In this document: positions 47,706-59,941 of the stretch, piece by piece
How positions within the stretch are numbered: the stretch's first letter is position 1
Layout of the letters: each line of letters begins with the position of its first letter
DNA from: Oikopleura dioica
Taxonomy: Eukaryota; Animalia; Chordata
Length of the DNA stretch: 64,000 nucleotides
Direction of reading: 5' to 3'
Assembly (NCBI GenBank): GCA_907165135.1
Contig: OU015568.1
Coordinates: 4,774,001-4,838,000 of the forward strand
Notes under the pieces: model-generated
What the model was told of the DNA's origin: nothing
Databases searched by the model: none
The model's input: the letters and a program-made list of their open reading frames with translations, nothing else
Translations under genes and position numbers: made by a program

Positions 47706-47878
47706 CAACCTGTCAAGAAACCTGAGTCAGGGTCCTGAAAGAAGCTGGACGAAAGATATAAAGCTTCAGATGAAAGTTCTAGCAGAGCCGCTTTGCGGCT
47801 TTATTCTCAGAAAAGCCGCGGCGCGGCTCTTTATTTCGGCTTCTTTTCGAAACCCTGAGTCAGGTTTCCAGACAGGTT
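47706..47878. mobile_element. MITE family A
   Basis: AACCTGTCAAGAAACCTGAGTCAGGGT ... ACCCTGAGTCAGGTTTCCAGACAGGTT. Confidence 0.8.
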
Positions 47879-48943
47879 ACTGAGGCTAGATGTTGAAAAA
47901 AAGCGTCTTTTTCGAGGCAAAAATTAAGGAAAGGTATGAAAATCCTCTCGACACCATTTGTAAAAAGTAAACATAAGAGCACATGATTAGCCATACGCGC
48001 CAAATACTCCACCACATATGGATCGTCGAGTGTATACAGCCATATGTTGTGAGCTTAGAGGATCAACCACAGATGCACAGTTTTGTTTTTAGCACAATAA
48101 GCTCAACAAACGAAAGCTCCAAATCTGTAATCTGATTGTCGCGAAATTTCAAATTTTTCAAAATCCAAATTTCAAATTTTCAATTCGCATTTTTCAATCG
48201 AAACTCTGAGTGCCTCGAAATTCCAGTCGGACAATCAAAGCAATAATTTTCTAACAAAAAATTCTAGTGGAGAAATTCTTGGAATTTTTTTGAATTCTGG
48301 ACTAGCGAAAAGGATAAGCTGGTTTTGAGAAAAAAGGCTGGAAAACAGGTGTCAAGAAAAGGCCAAAGCTGAGTTGGTATTATATACAAATGAGGTGGGG
48401 TCTAATCTTTCCCACAAGAAGGGATTTTGTGATATGGGGGCTTTGCCACGTGATTGACAGGGCTCTTTGGTTTTTTGTTCAGAACCAATTAGAAATTTAA
48501 AACCCCAAAATACGGACCGTAATTTTGAATTATCACTTTGTAAATATAAATTTTTGAAGCTCTCTAGAATTCGAAATTAACAAAAAAATGTGATCACGCC
48601 ATATACCAGCAGCCAATACTAAATTGAATACAAACATGAAGAATAAATAAAGCAAACGGAAGTATCGCCCGAAATCAATTTCTCCGTTTTCACACTGGTC
48701 ATTTCATCCGGTGTCCAATTAGCCGAGAAAATAGCGGCCTGGGCTGAGAACGGAAACTCTGAGTGGCGAGCAATAAAACTTGCTCAAGTGACCCCTCCCA
48801 GTCAGGAAAACTGCTGCACCTGCGGATCGACGGGGAAATAAACGGAAATTTTAACATTAACAAAAAACTCTCCTTGGGAAAATAAACAGGTTGGAGGAAT
48901 TGATGACCGTTTTCAGGCGGATAAATAATCAGAAAGAAAAATT

Positions 48944-49043
48944 GGCAACCTGTAAAGGAAACCTGAGTAAGGGTCTGGAAGATCTTTGATAAGAAGCCGC
49001 GTAGCGATCTTTCAAACCCTGACTCAGGTTTTCTACACAGGCT
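48944..49043. mobile_element. MITE family A
   Basis: GGCAACCTGTAAAGGAAACCTGAGTAAGGGTCTGGAAGATC ... GATCTTTCAAACCCTGACTCAGGTTTTCTACACAGG. Confidence 0.8.
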
Positions 49044-49380
49044 TTCGAAACAATGGGAAAATCGTCCGAAAAGTCGAAGAAAAATGTCTTTCCGGCTCAA
49101 GTAAAAAGTTAATAGGTGAAAATGATGCTTGTGGTAAAACATCCGGCGTCGAGAAGTTGATCGGATAGGCCGAGGCAGATTTGAACACGTGATTTGAACG
49201 AGATGTTCTATTTAGTGCGGAAGAACGCAACGTCACGAATCAGCGGACACGAAATCGACGATAACACATTGCCCAAAATAATGATGTTTGCTTAATTGAC
49301 AAAACAGATGCTCTTATCTAACACTGAATAAACCAAGGCTTCAGAGAACTGGCTGTATCTACGAGTTTAAAGAGATAAAA

Positions 49381-49541
49381 AGGGGGTACCCTTGTTCATC
49401 CTCTAACTTCCTGCATGTGTGCCCTTGTTCATCCTTTGGCCACGTATCCTCGACCAACCAGCTTACGGAATATGGAAACGTGGCCATGAGATGAACAAGG
49501 GTACACATGCGCGGGTTTCGAGGATAAACAAGGTCACCTCT
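49381..49541. mobile_element. Small foldback/MITE with ~60-bp TIRs
   Basis: GGTACCCTTGTTCATCC...GCATGTGTGCCCTTGTTCATC...TGGCCACGT mirrored by ACGTGGCCA...GATGAACAAGGGTACACATGC...GGATAAACAAGGTCACC. Confidence 0.7.
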
Positions 49542-49665
49542 TTTTTTGGTCAAAAAATCATTTGATTGGCTCACTTTATTAATTTTAGACTTTGCAGAAG
49601 ACGGCTGATTTCTTCAGTAAATAAACGGACAGAAAAAATAGTGGCATAAAAGTTAAAAAGTACAT

Positions 49666-51384
49666 TCAACTTTGAATGTTACAACAATGCTGTTTGATCA
49701 ATTTTTTCTTTTGCTCGAAGAAGTGTTGAAGCATTGCCGGTGATTTCGTAGGGATGATTCTGGACAAGAGCTCAAAATTGGGGCCGAATTCGGTGACTCC
49801 TTTCAGTAAAGCGGCGACTTCGAAAGGAGTGAAGATGGTGGAGACGTTTTGTGTGCCAATTTGTCTAAATTTGAAGCTCTACTTCGAACTGAAAAAGACT
49901 TATCGAAAATCGAGAAGGGTCAAAAACGAACAAACTTGGATAGTGACCACGATAACCTCCGTTGTCAGAAATTCTAGCTCTTACCTGTCTTTGAGAATCT
50001 GGTCCAAGTCAAGTTCGCCATTTGGATTGTACGATCTGAGCTTCTTCTGAGTCTCGTTTTTCTGCGCCTCGACTTTTTGCTTGAAGAGTTGAATTGATTG
50101 ATACGTCTGATAGATTTCATGCTGCGCTCTTTTCTCGATTCTTTCTTTTTCTTCTTTTGGGATGTCGTTGAAGACGGAGTCCAAAAATTCGTCAGATTCT
50201 TCTTCTTTGAGTTCAGGCGTTTCTTGAAAGATATTTCACTCACTCACTCACTCACTGTATTTCCTTACCAGGATCAGCATCGAGGTCATAATGCCTTGAA
50301 CCTGAATTCAGGCGGCTGATTTTCTTCTTGAGACCTCCTTTCCTCTTCCAAATGTAGTAGAAATTGACGAGCTCCGAGATTTTTTTGTGCGGCAGGTAAC
50401 CTGAAAACAATCTCATTATTCATCTATGATTTACAATTCTGACGATGAAAGAGGCCAACTCTTAGATTCACGAGAAGAGGTAGACTTCATGGTCTTTTAT
50501 TAGAAACATCGAGACAAAGATGAGTCATCTTAGATGACCTCTTGTCGAAAATCTAAGAGAAAGCCTTAACTGAAGTGAGTTTTTCTCGATACCTTTTATT
50601 TTTGAAAGTTTGATATCATATCTGGTATCATCGGTACCTTTAAGCTTGCTAAACTGTCTCGAGTGCACCTTATAAGCATAAAAGAACGCGTTCTTATCAT
50701 CCTCTGTGAAGCTTTCCATCACACTGGGCATGGGTTCGAACGTTTTAGTTGTATCCATTGCTCTGCGAAAATTAAACTTTCTCACGTACAAAATCCCCAG
50801 TGCTTGTTCCTCGGCCCAGCCGTGTTCGAGGTAACATTTTTCAACAAACTCCTGGACTTTGTGCTCTGGAATCTTGATGTTTGGTGGTCGCCAGATGCAG
50901 GTTTCGAGCTCTGTTGTTTGGCGAAAGATGCTTGTGAGGCCGGTATCCATGAAATCACCGGCTTCGTTGGGTTGGCTGTAGGGACCTTCGTACATTGGGA
51001 TTTGAGCCTGAAATGGAGGGTGAAATCATGGAGGAGACGATGGAATATGGAGCTCTTGGATAATCGATGTTGCAGCTTCAAGGAAGCAGGTGCCCTATTG
51101 GTCCTTCTACTAATCAAAGTCTTAAGGGTATCACTAGGAAAGCTTCTTGAGGATCTCCTTAGTACTTTTGAGATGGAAAAACGGATGAATTTATCAATAT
51201 TGGGCATTTCAAAACTGCAATTATTGATGATAAACGAGGAGTCGTTCTTTCAATGTCGAGAAATGACTGTAGTAAGAATAAAGAAATACAGTACCTGATG
51301 TTCATCTCCGACTTTGATCTCAGCCTTGGAATCCTTGTCATTGCTTGTTTTGCGTTCTGGTTCGCTATCACCGTTTACTGACAT
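49666..51384 (-). CDS. REST corepressor (CoREST/RCOR)-like ELM2-SANT-SANT protein
   Basis: IKVGDEHQ|AQIP (ELM2), CIWRP...EQALGILY...SFTEDDKNAFFYAYKVHSRQF (ELM2-SANT1), coiled linker, and SANT2 FTPFEVAALLKGVTEFGPNFELLSRIIPTKS. Confidence 0.8.
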
Positions 51385-51893
51385 TTTTGGCGAATAAAAT
51401 GGGGTTGGTTATTGTGGTACTAGTCCTAACTCATTGTTCTGGTATCTCTGGAATCTCTTGACAGAACCGAGTGGAGTAATGAACGATAAAAAGCAAAGTT
51501 AGAGTTTTTGTGTTCTCCGCGAGAGCTGGAGAGCTCGATTTCCCGCCGAGGAGGAATCCGAAAAAAGCGCGGGCGGGAGGCAAGCCAACCAAGCTCGAGT
51601 TTTCCACTGGAGGAGAATTCTTCCGACAACGATTTCTTTCAGCGAGTAAGAGAATCTGAAACGTCCTCAATTTTTTCTTCTCGAAGACGAATTGGAGATG
51701 GAAACGATCAGTTTGGACTTGCTACGCAAAGAAAATCTAGTGGAAAATATAAAGGTATCGTTGATTGTATTCTGGGGTTAATTTTTGTTTTCGTGAGTTC
51801 TAGCTATATTTATGGTTCTTGCATAATTTTCGGTGATTTTCATCCCTTTTTTTGATAATTTCGGCCAATAAATGGCTAATAGAACTATGGACT

Positions 51894-52202
51894 TTAGTAC
51901 TGTCTTGGACTGAGCTCTAGAAAATTGTAAACGCATTCCTTTTCGATTTTGCTTTCTTCGACTTCTTCTTCGATTGTTTCTTTACTACAGGACCTGTACT
52001 GATAGCGTTTCCATTTTCGTCCTTTTCTTTCAACTGGGATCGGTATCCTTATTTTAGTGTAACTATCAAACTTTGAGTTCTTTAGTTGTCGACCCCAAGC
52101 TTTAGGCTGTATATTCGTTATCTCGATTTCTTCATTCGTGTCGTTTTCTTTCATCAATTGGCTTCTGTTCATTGAGATTCTTTTTGAGTTCAGTAAAAGC
52201 AT
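51894..52202 (-). CDS. Possible small unknown protein, head-to-head with myotubularin
   Basis: 102-aa ATG ORF with charged composition; no motif recognised. Confidence 0.2.
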   Translation of the reverse strand: MLLLNSKRISMNRSQLMKENDTNEEIEITNIQPKAWGRQLKNSKFDSYTKIRIPIPVERKGRKWKRYQYRSCSKETIEEEVEESKIEKECVYNFLELSPRQY

Positions 52203-52336
52203 TATTTTTCAACCTTTCAAATTTAAAAAATCGTCAATCTTTCGCCTTTTCCTAGTTTTGACCATCGAAAACCTGTGAAAAAGTTTCAATTCCAGGTCGA
52301 AATTCTAGCGATTTTCCGCGAAAATATCCCTTCCCA

Positions 52337-55300
52337 TGTTCTAGAGAATTTACCGTTTTTATTCAGGAAGAAGCGCAAGATAAGAACAACAACTCCGAAG
52401 ATATTATTCATCATTGTCAATACCGCGGCGAAGTGAATGGAAGAATCATCTTTACAAACTATCGACTCATTTTCGCTGCAAAAGGAAATTCTTGGTTCAT
52501 CGTCTCAGGTTCGTTCTAGCTTCAAAACTGGCAAACGAAGGTGATTCTAGTGCCGTACAACACGATAAACAAAGTCTCAAAAAGCCCCCACCGAACTACC
52601 AACACAAAGAACCTCCTCAACGGCTCAGAACAAAGCCCACTCGTTGTGGAAATCGAATGCAAAGACTTCAGATCACTGAAATTCGACTTCAAACACGACA
52701 ACGGGGACAAGAGCAAATTTCACAACAATGTTTCACAACGGGCTTTTGGCAAGTAAGTTTCGACAATAAGGCCTTCAAAATTAAGTGTAGAATTTGATAA
52801 TAATTTAGAGACTATTCCGTGAAGACTTTTTCGCCAAAAAGGTTACTTAAACTCCAAGTTTCAAATTCAAAACTCATGATTTCAAATCCAACCACAAAAT
52901 TGGTGATTTCGACAAACAATAATCATTCCATCACTAGAGCCTGTTCTTGCCCAATTATAAAATAGCATTTTTTAGTATTGAGCGATTATTTTGCTTCGTG
53001 AAGAAATCCGAAACGAGTGAAAATTGGTTCATCTACGATGTTCACAAAGAGTTCGAGAGGCAGACAAAGAATTTACAGAGTAAGGGAGAGTGGATTATTA
53101 CCGAGGAGAACAATAATTTCGGCCTTTGCGATACCTATCCCAAGGAACGGCTTATCAAATAATGTCCATTTCTTCCCAATTTCAAGGAGAAATTGCTTTC
53201 TTGAAAGCCTTAAAAAGTACCTCGTTGTTCCAAAAATGGAGAAAGAAAAAGTCACTTTACAAAAAGTCGCCTCCTACCGAAGCCGAAATCGTCTACCGGT
53301 CGCCACTTGGATTCACCCAACGAATGGAGCCGTGATTACGCGCTGCAGTCAACCCCTTGTTGGTGTCACTGAAAGAAGATGTGGGGAAGACTATCTGTAT
53401 TTGAAGAAAATTCGAGATTTGAGAACACCGGAGGCGAATAAATTGCTGATCTATGACTGCAGACCGAAGGTTAATGCACAAGGTTAGTACTGTAGCTCAA
53501 TGACTCAAGCTAGGAGAGACCCGTATTAGTTTTTCTTGCTTTGATTTATTCTATGATTCTATTGATACAGTTATAAAAACTAGAAAGGAAGGGGTTTGAG
53601 TTATTTCAAGGCTGGAGTTGAGGATTGTCCCGGACAGACTGGGGCACATGTTCCAAGTACCACTTCTGCGTTTCGGGGAGATTGTGGCGAGAACGCCGCC
53701 GGAATTGGGCTTTTTCGCGTTCTTGTCGTATGGCATCACGTTTCCGTGCATATCTAAAGGGTGGAGACTGATTTTAGGGAGAAGAAAAGGCATTTTACCA
53801 GTCAAAGCGCCGCCCATAGCAACAAGAATGGCTTCTGGAGCGCATGTATCCCACTTTTTGGTGCCAGGGGAAGCAAAGACGTAAGCGTGCGCGTCGCCCT
53901 CGATGACTCGCAAGACCTTGTTTCCGGCTCCACCTAAAGATAAACATAAGCTCCTTTGATTTCTGATTTCCTACCTTGGCGAAGGATTTCGTCAGGCTTC
54001 ATAGCTTCAATGCAAGCGTTGACATCGTGGGAAGCGTGAGATCGAGTGGTGCAGATGATTTTCTTGTCCTGTTTTTTGGTTAAGAAAAAGTTGTTTGACT
54101 TGGCCTTGATTCATTTTTTCTTTGTCAAGGACGAAGTGTTACATTCTCTGTTTTATTTTTTCTCAAACATGACCTTTGGAAGTGGTTTTTGCTCGAAAGG
54201 ACCGAATGATCCAAGACCGACGACTCCCCAGATTGATCTTCCCCACTAAAAAGGGGGTTGAATTCAAAGTCATATGAATGGGAGTACTTGATCGGGTTTT
54301 TGGATTCATCGTCGAATCCAAAGAATGGCTGATTGACCACTCCGGAGATTGCTTTTCCGTCGACGGCGATGCCGATCAAGATGGTCACGTGATGAAGCAT
54401 TCGGTCGATGAATTCCATCGTTCCATCAAGAGGATCGACCCAGATGCAGATTCGCTCAGGCGCCACATCTTGCAGGTCTTTTGGGAAGGTTTTCTCCATA
54501 ACTTCCGGGGCAAGAGCATCAAAGACTTTTTCATCCCCCGCTTCTCCGTCGTCTCCGTCTTCTTCTCCGATGACCGTGACTTGTGGGTACTTGGTTTTCA
54601 AGGTCTTCAGGATCAATCGTTGAACAGCACGGTCGCCTTCGGTTTGGAAGTTTTTAAGGCCGCCCTTGTCGATGACTCCAAGGTCGCCATTTTTGAAGAT
54701 CTTTCGGATGAGCACGGCGGATTCGTCGGCAACGGTGACGCATGATGCGGTCAAGTCTTGAAGAAGTCCTTGATTCAGGGTTCGAGAAAGATGCTTTATG
54801 GTAGTTCTTGTTGAAAAACGAAGCATTTTATTTTCATTCTGAATTCTTTAATTTTTTTTTCTTAAGATACTGTCTTATCAAAAAATTCTTTCTTTTTCGA
54901 ACCCATGGCCATTTTTTGAATTTTTTTCTCTTCTCGTTTTTCGAAAAGAGTAGCTTGTGTTTGAAAATTTATGAAATCAAGTAAATATGATCTGCGCGCG
55001 CCGTATTTATTGGGCGAACGAGCGCTATTTAGACGCGTCGCGCGTTTCAGATGTGGACTCAAGCAAGGAAAAGCGGGACGGAAAGGTGAAAGATTGGCCT
55101 TCAATCATTGTCGTGGTTTATTATATTCTGTCGGCCTTGTTTTAATCCATCAATGTCGCCCATAATTTTAAAATTTTTTAGATTCTAAAAGTTACTCTTT
55201 TGGTAAAATCAAACAATTTTCCTTGATGAAAAATTTCTTTAATTTAATTTAATTGATGATCATTCAATCGGCAGCGATATATTTTTTTCTGATTCATTTT

Positions 55301-57260
55301 AGGGAAATCGAGAGGAACAAAATAAAAGCTAATAAGATATCAGTCTTATGTTTCATTTTACATTTTATGGTTTAAAAAAAAATGATAACCTTTTTATTTT
55401 AGCGAATCGAGCAAAAGGTGGAGGCTACGAATCTCACGATAGTTATGAAGAGCACGGCGGAACGACCTTCATCGAGCGAATCTTTTGCGACATCGATAAC
55501 ATCCACGTGATGCGCGACTCGCTCGCCAAGGTGATCGAGGCACTCAACAATCCAAACAAAAAAGGTGAAAAGAAGTGGTTCGAGTTGTTGGACGATTCAA
55601 AATGGATGCAGCATCTGAGGTTTGAAAGAACTAAACGAGTAATCAAAGACGCTGTAATTTCAGGTTGATTTTGATAGCTTCAAATCGCGTCGTCGACAGA
55701 ATAAAAAACAACGGCCATTCCACCCTTATTCATTGTTCTGACGGGTGGGATCGTACACCTCAACTTTCGGCTTTGTCGCAGCTTTGTTTGGATGGGTACT
55801 ATAGGACTTTGGAGGGATTCTTAGTGCTGATAGACAAAGAATGGTGCGCGTTTGGACACAAGTTTCAAGACAGAATAGGACATACAGTGAATAAACCGCA
55901 AGATACAGAAAGAAGTCCTGTCTTCATTCAGGTTTGTTGGAAAAAATCAGGACAATTTGGATACACGACGTTTTCAGCATACCGACGTTTTCAGCAACCG
56001 ACGTTTTCAGCATAACGATGTTTTCAGCGCCGCTGAATTCGTCGGTTTGCTGAAAACGTCGGTTTGCTGAAAACCTCGTTTTTCACCTGAAAACGCGTGG
56101 GCGTTTAGAGAGGCAATCATTTTATCAAACTACATCTGTAAACGATATTTCCGTAAATCGTAAAATAACATAAAATCGATGTAATATTAATGAATCATTT
56201 ACAAAAGACTATATTTAATAAAATTATTATTTTTATCTTTTTCAATATTGATTTATCATTATTTTCATTGTTTTAAAACAGATTCACGAAACTTGATAAT
56301 ACGTTTATACTGTAAACTTTCTAGTGATTTATAGTGACTAATGATTATTATGATAATAATGTATTAAGAAGTAATTTAGCTAATTCTTACTTTTTTCTAA
56401 ATAATGCATAATAACGTTTTCTAAATAATGCATTCTTAATGACTCATTTAGAAATGCTTTCAAACTATTAACTAGCCAATTAAATTGCGAGAACCTCGCC
56501 TTTAGATCCATTTGGTTTGAAAATTTCGTTCCGGCAAACGCCCACGCGTTTTCAGGTGAAAAACGATGTTTTCAGCAAACCGACGTTTTCAGCAAACCGA
56601 CGAATTCAGCGGCGCTGAAAACGTCGTTATGCTGAAAACGTCGGTTGCTGAAAACGTCGGTATGCTGAAAACGTCGTGTATCCGGACAATTTCTCTGCGA
56701 CAAATTTTGCCCCTGATTGGCTGATCAGTCGGAGGGAACGATCTGATTGGTCGAGTTTTTCCCAGGAATTTTGTCGCAGAGACACTTCAGATCCGAGAAA
56801 ATAACACGCCTTTCTAGTTCCTCGATGCAGTCTACCAAATCATGTGTCAATTCCCCGAAGCCTTCGAATTCTCCGAACGCCTCTTGATCTTCCTCGCCGA
56901 GCACCTATTCTCTGCTCGTTTCGGCAACTTCCTTTTCAACTGCGTGAAAGACCGACTCGCTCATAATCTCCACGAAAAGACGAAAAGTATTTGGTTTCAT
57001 ATTCTTCACAACGACCATCGTGGACAGTTCTTGCATCCGATCTTTGACAAGAATAGCCGTTGCAAAACGCTTGTTCCCAATACAGCTGTAATAAGGATGA
57101 CCTTCTGGATAAGGCTTTACAACAGATTCAATCCAAGGTAGAGAAAGATAAACGTTTTCCCAGAATAATCCTTCATTTCAGTACACCTAGAGATCAACTT
57201 TTGGAATGGGCGCTAAGAAGTCAGCAGAGACAGAGTCAATCTGCACCAACAAACATGTAG
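52337..57260 (+). CDS. Active myotubularin PI3P/PI(3,5)P2 phosphatase (MTM1/MTMR1/MTMR2-like)
   Basis: PH-GRAM ([10 protein letters not shown]), [28 protein letters not shown]|[10 protein letters not shown], catalytic [14 protein letters not shown], and SPVFIQ|FLD.V.Q...QFP.AFEF. The 5' boundary is approximate. Confidence 0.92.
53606..54826 (-). CDS. BPNT1: 3'(2'),5'-bisphosphate nucleotidase, nested antisense in a myotubularin intron
   Basis: [47 protein letters not shown]. The homologous C-terminus ([17 protein letters not shown]...*) needs +1 base in G-run 53675-53678. Confidence 0.9.
55959..56683. mobile_element. Mutator/Foldback-like non-autonomous element (9-bp TSD, ~147-bp modular TIRs) in a myotubularin intron
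   Basis: TSD GGACAATTT at 55950-55958 and 56684-56692. TIRs start GGATACACGACG and are built of (C)GACGTTTTCAGC repeats; AT-rich core. Confidence 0.9.
56692..56782. mobile_element. MITE family B-like (two CTGATTGG = CCAAT boxes)
   Basis: TCTCTGCGACAAA ... TTTGTCGCAGAGA arms. Confidence 0.55.
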
Positions 57261-57555
57261 AAAAATCTTCAAATAGTGCAACCTTCAGTTTTGCCATCAA
57301 AAATTATTCCTTCCTATCTTCTCGTAATTTAATTCTTCTGTTACTTTCCTCTATCCATGTCTCTTTTCTTCTACATATTTTCATACATTCAGAGTCAGAT
57401 CAAACTTATGCAATATATGATCTTAATTATAAAATAATAATAAATACATGTAGATTAATCGTTCAAACTGTGCCAAAGCAAAGGATGATTCCACAAATAT
57501 AATTTGCCTTATTCTTCATTCCTTCTTGCTCTCATCCAAACCTGACAGATATAGA

Positions 57556-59280
57556 ATGGCAGATGATATCGATGTCGAAGCTATGCTGGAAGCCCAGCTC
57601 GAGGAAAAGGCCAATATAAAGAGCGAGCCTGGACTGGACGATTCCGGAAGCAAGAAAAGCTCAAGAAGAGAGCGAGATCGTTCAAGAGATCGAAAATCGT
57701 CAAGGAGAAAGTCTCGATCTCGGTCGCGTGAGCGAAAACGATCGAGGGATCGGAAGAAGCGATCTCGATCAAGGAGTAGGAAAAGGTCCAGAACTTCGAA
57801 GCGTTCGAGGTCACGTGATCGGAAGCGAAGCCGATCGAGGGATAAAAAATCAAGGAAGAAGCGATCCAGATCTAGGGATCGAAAGAAACGATCGAAATCG
57901 AAAGAACGGGAAAAGAAAAGAAGCCGCACTCCTCCACCGAAGGTCGACACATCGAATACCCTTGAGGATCGAGATTCACGAACTGTCCTGGCGATGCAGC
58001 TGAGTCAAAAGACGAAAGAAAAGGATTTGAAGGAGTTTTTCAGCGTCGTCGGAGACGTCAGAAGCGTGAAGATGATTCAAGATCGACATTCTCGACGCTC
58101 AAAGGCCATCGGAATCGCCTACATTGAATTCAAATACTCACAGTCCGTTCCCCTCGCGCTTGGGTTGAGCGGTCAGCCGGTCAATGGAATCCCTATCCTG
58201 GTACAACAAAGTCAAGCGGAGAAGAATAGGCATGCAGCGATGGTTGAATCAGCCAAACAAACTCTTTCCAAGCTCGGAAATGGGCCGATAAAACTCAAGG
58301 TGCGAGTCGGAAATAAGAGGGCTTTTGGCCCTCTCCTTTCTTGATATGATTAACAATCCGATTCTTAGGTTACGAATCTGATCGACGAAATAACGGAAGA
58401 AATGTTCAGGACGATTTTCGAGCCATTTGGTCGGCTCGAGTCAGTGGAACTTATCGATGGTAGGGATCACTTGTCTTTTGAGCAGGTCTCTTTCTAGCTA
58501 CTTTTTTAAGATCCAATCACGGGCAAGTCAGCTGGCTCCGGATTTGTCACCTTTTCCGACTCCGATGCTGGGAAGACTGCTCTTCGAGAGCTGGACAGAT
58601 TCGATCTCGGAGGAAAACGAATTCGAGTATCAGGAATTGCTCTTAACACTCTTGAACTCAAGAAAGAACTACCAGTTTCGAGCTTTCAAAAGTCGTCGAT
58701 AAAGTCGTTTCCAAAAACCGAGGCGATAAAAACGAAGATGCTCCAGCTCTAGAGGAGTCTTTCCCCGATGGAAGCGTTGGTCGAATCGCTCTTATGAACA
58801 AACTCGCGGCTAGAACCGACCTGCTCAATCAGAAGGAAGAACAGCCTGTACCAAAACCTGTAGCAAAACCTCTCCAAGCCATTGAAACCCGATGCTTTCA
58901 GGTCTGACGTGTCTGAAGGTACAAGATTAACGGAGATTCTAGCTATCGAACATGTTCAATCCGGAAAAAGAAAGTGCCGCTGGCTGGGAAAACGATATCC
59001 GCGACGATGTTATTTTGGAGCTCTCTGATCACGGAGGTAATTCTTCCTTTTAGAGCTGCTTCTGATCATCATTCTAGGGGCCCTTCATGTGCATGTAGAC
59101 AAATTTTCAAAAGATGGAAACGTTTTTGTAATGGCTCTCTCTCCAGCGGTCGCCCAGATTGCATCCAAAAAGATCCACGGAAACTACTTCGACGGTAAGC
59201 TATTTGGTCGGTCACTTCTTGAATTAAATCTGGAACTCGAACTGAAACTCGAACAGGAAAGATACTGACTGAATAAATTA
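57556..59280 (+). CDS. RBM39: RNA-binding protein 39/23 (CAPER) splicing factor
   Basis: MADDIDVEAMLEA, RS domain, RRM1 (DSRTV...SK..GIAYIEF...SQAEKNR), RRM2, and UHM (LSNMFNP...WENDIRDDV). The 3' end is approximate. Confidence 0.9.
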
Positions 59281-59941
59281 GGCGCCTGAAAAACCCAACT
59301 CGTTGATAGAAAGACAGTCAGACAGTCAGGAAGCTTTCATCCCTCAAATCCTTCCTCGAATTGAGGCCCATAAGACGGTACTTAGCGCGAAATACTAGCT
59401 CAGTTATCGATCTTGCCAATTCTGATATATTATCTAGGAACAGATTCAACGAGAAAAATCCACGAAATCTGACGTATCTGGCTGCGCAAATAACGCTCTA
59501 ACTCGATCATAATGATCAGCTAAATCTAAAACTGACCTTGTCGGCCCAATGCTAATCATACCTTTTAGGCAAGATGATCCAAGCCGCATACATCCCCGAA
59601 GAAAGCTACAAAGAGCTCTTCCCCGAGTCCGCCGACGCAAATAGAATCCTCCGGCCCGCATAAGCAAAACGACCCATCAAAAGACCAACCTGACTTTTAA
59701 AAACTCCTTACCACTCTTATGCTTTTAAAATTATCGCCAACTTATTGTTCGTTGAGCAAAAAAGAAATCCCTCCCAAATTCGTTCTGGCCTACTTATTAT
59801 CATTTCTTGTGAGTCACACGATACGCATTTTTTTCAACATTACTTGTCTGAAATTACTTTAGAAAAAATAAAAACAAAACTGCCAGAATCAGAGTGTCGA
59901 TGATTTCCCAGAGTAATACCATTTTCTAGAGCAGTTATATA

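Noticed and set aside
50663-51298. 211-aa plus-strand ORF (and 50782-51207 minus)
   Set aside because: Shadow of CoREST-like exons and intron; no motif.
54278-54745. 155-aa plus-strand ORF; similar antisense ORFs at 30893-31567, 19503-20416 and 57516-57950
   Set aside because: Antisense shadows of GC-richer coding exons (BPNT1, MLCK, env, RBM39).
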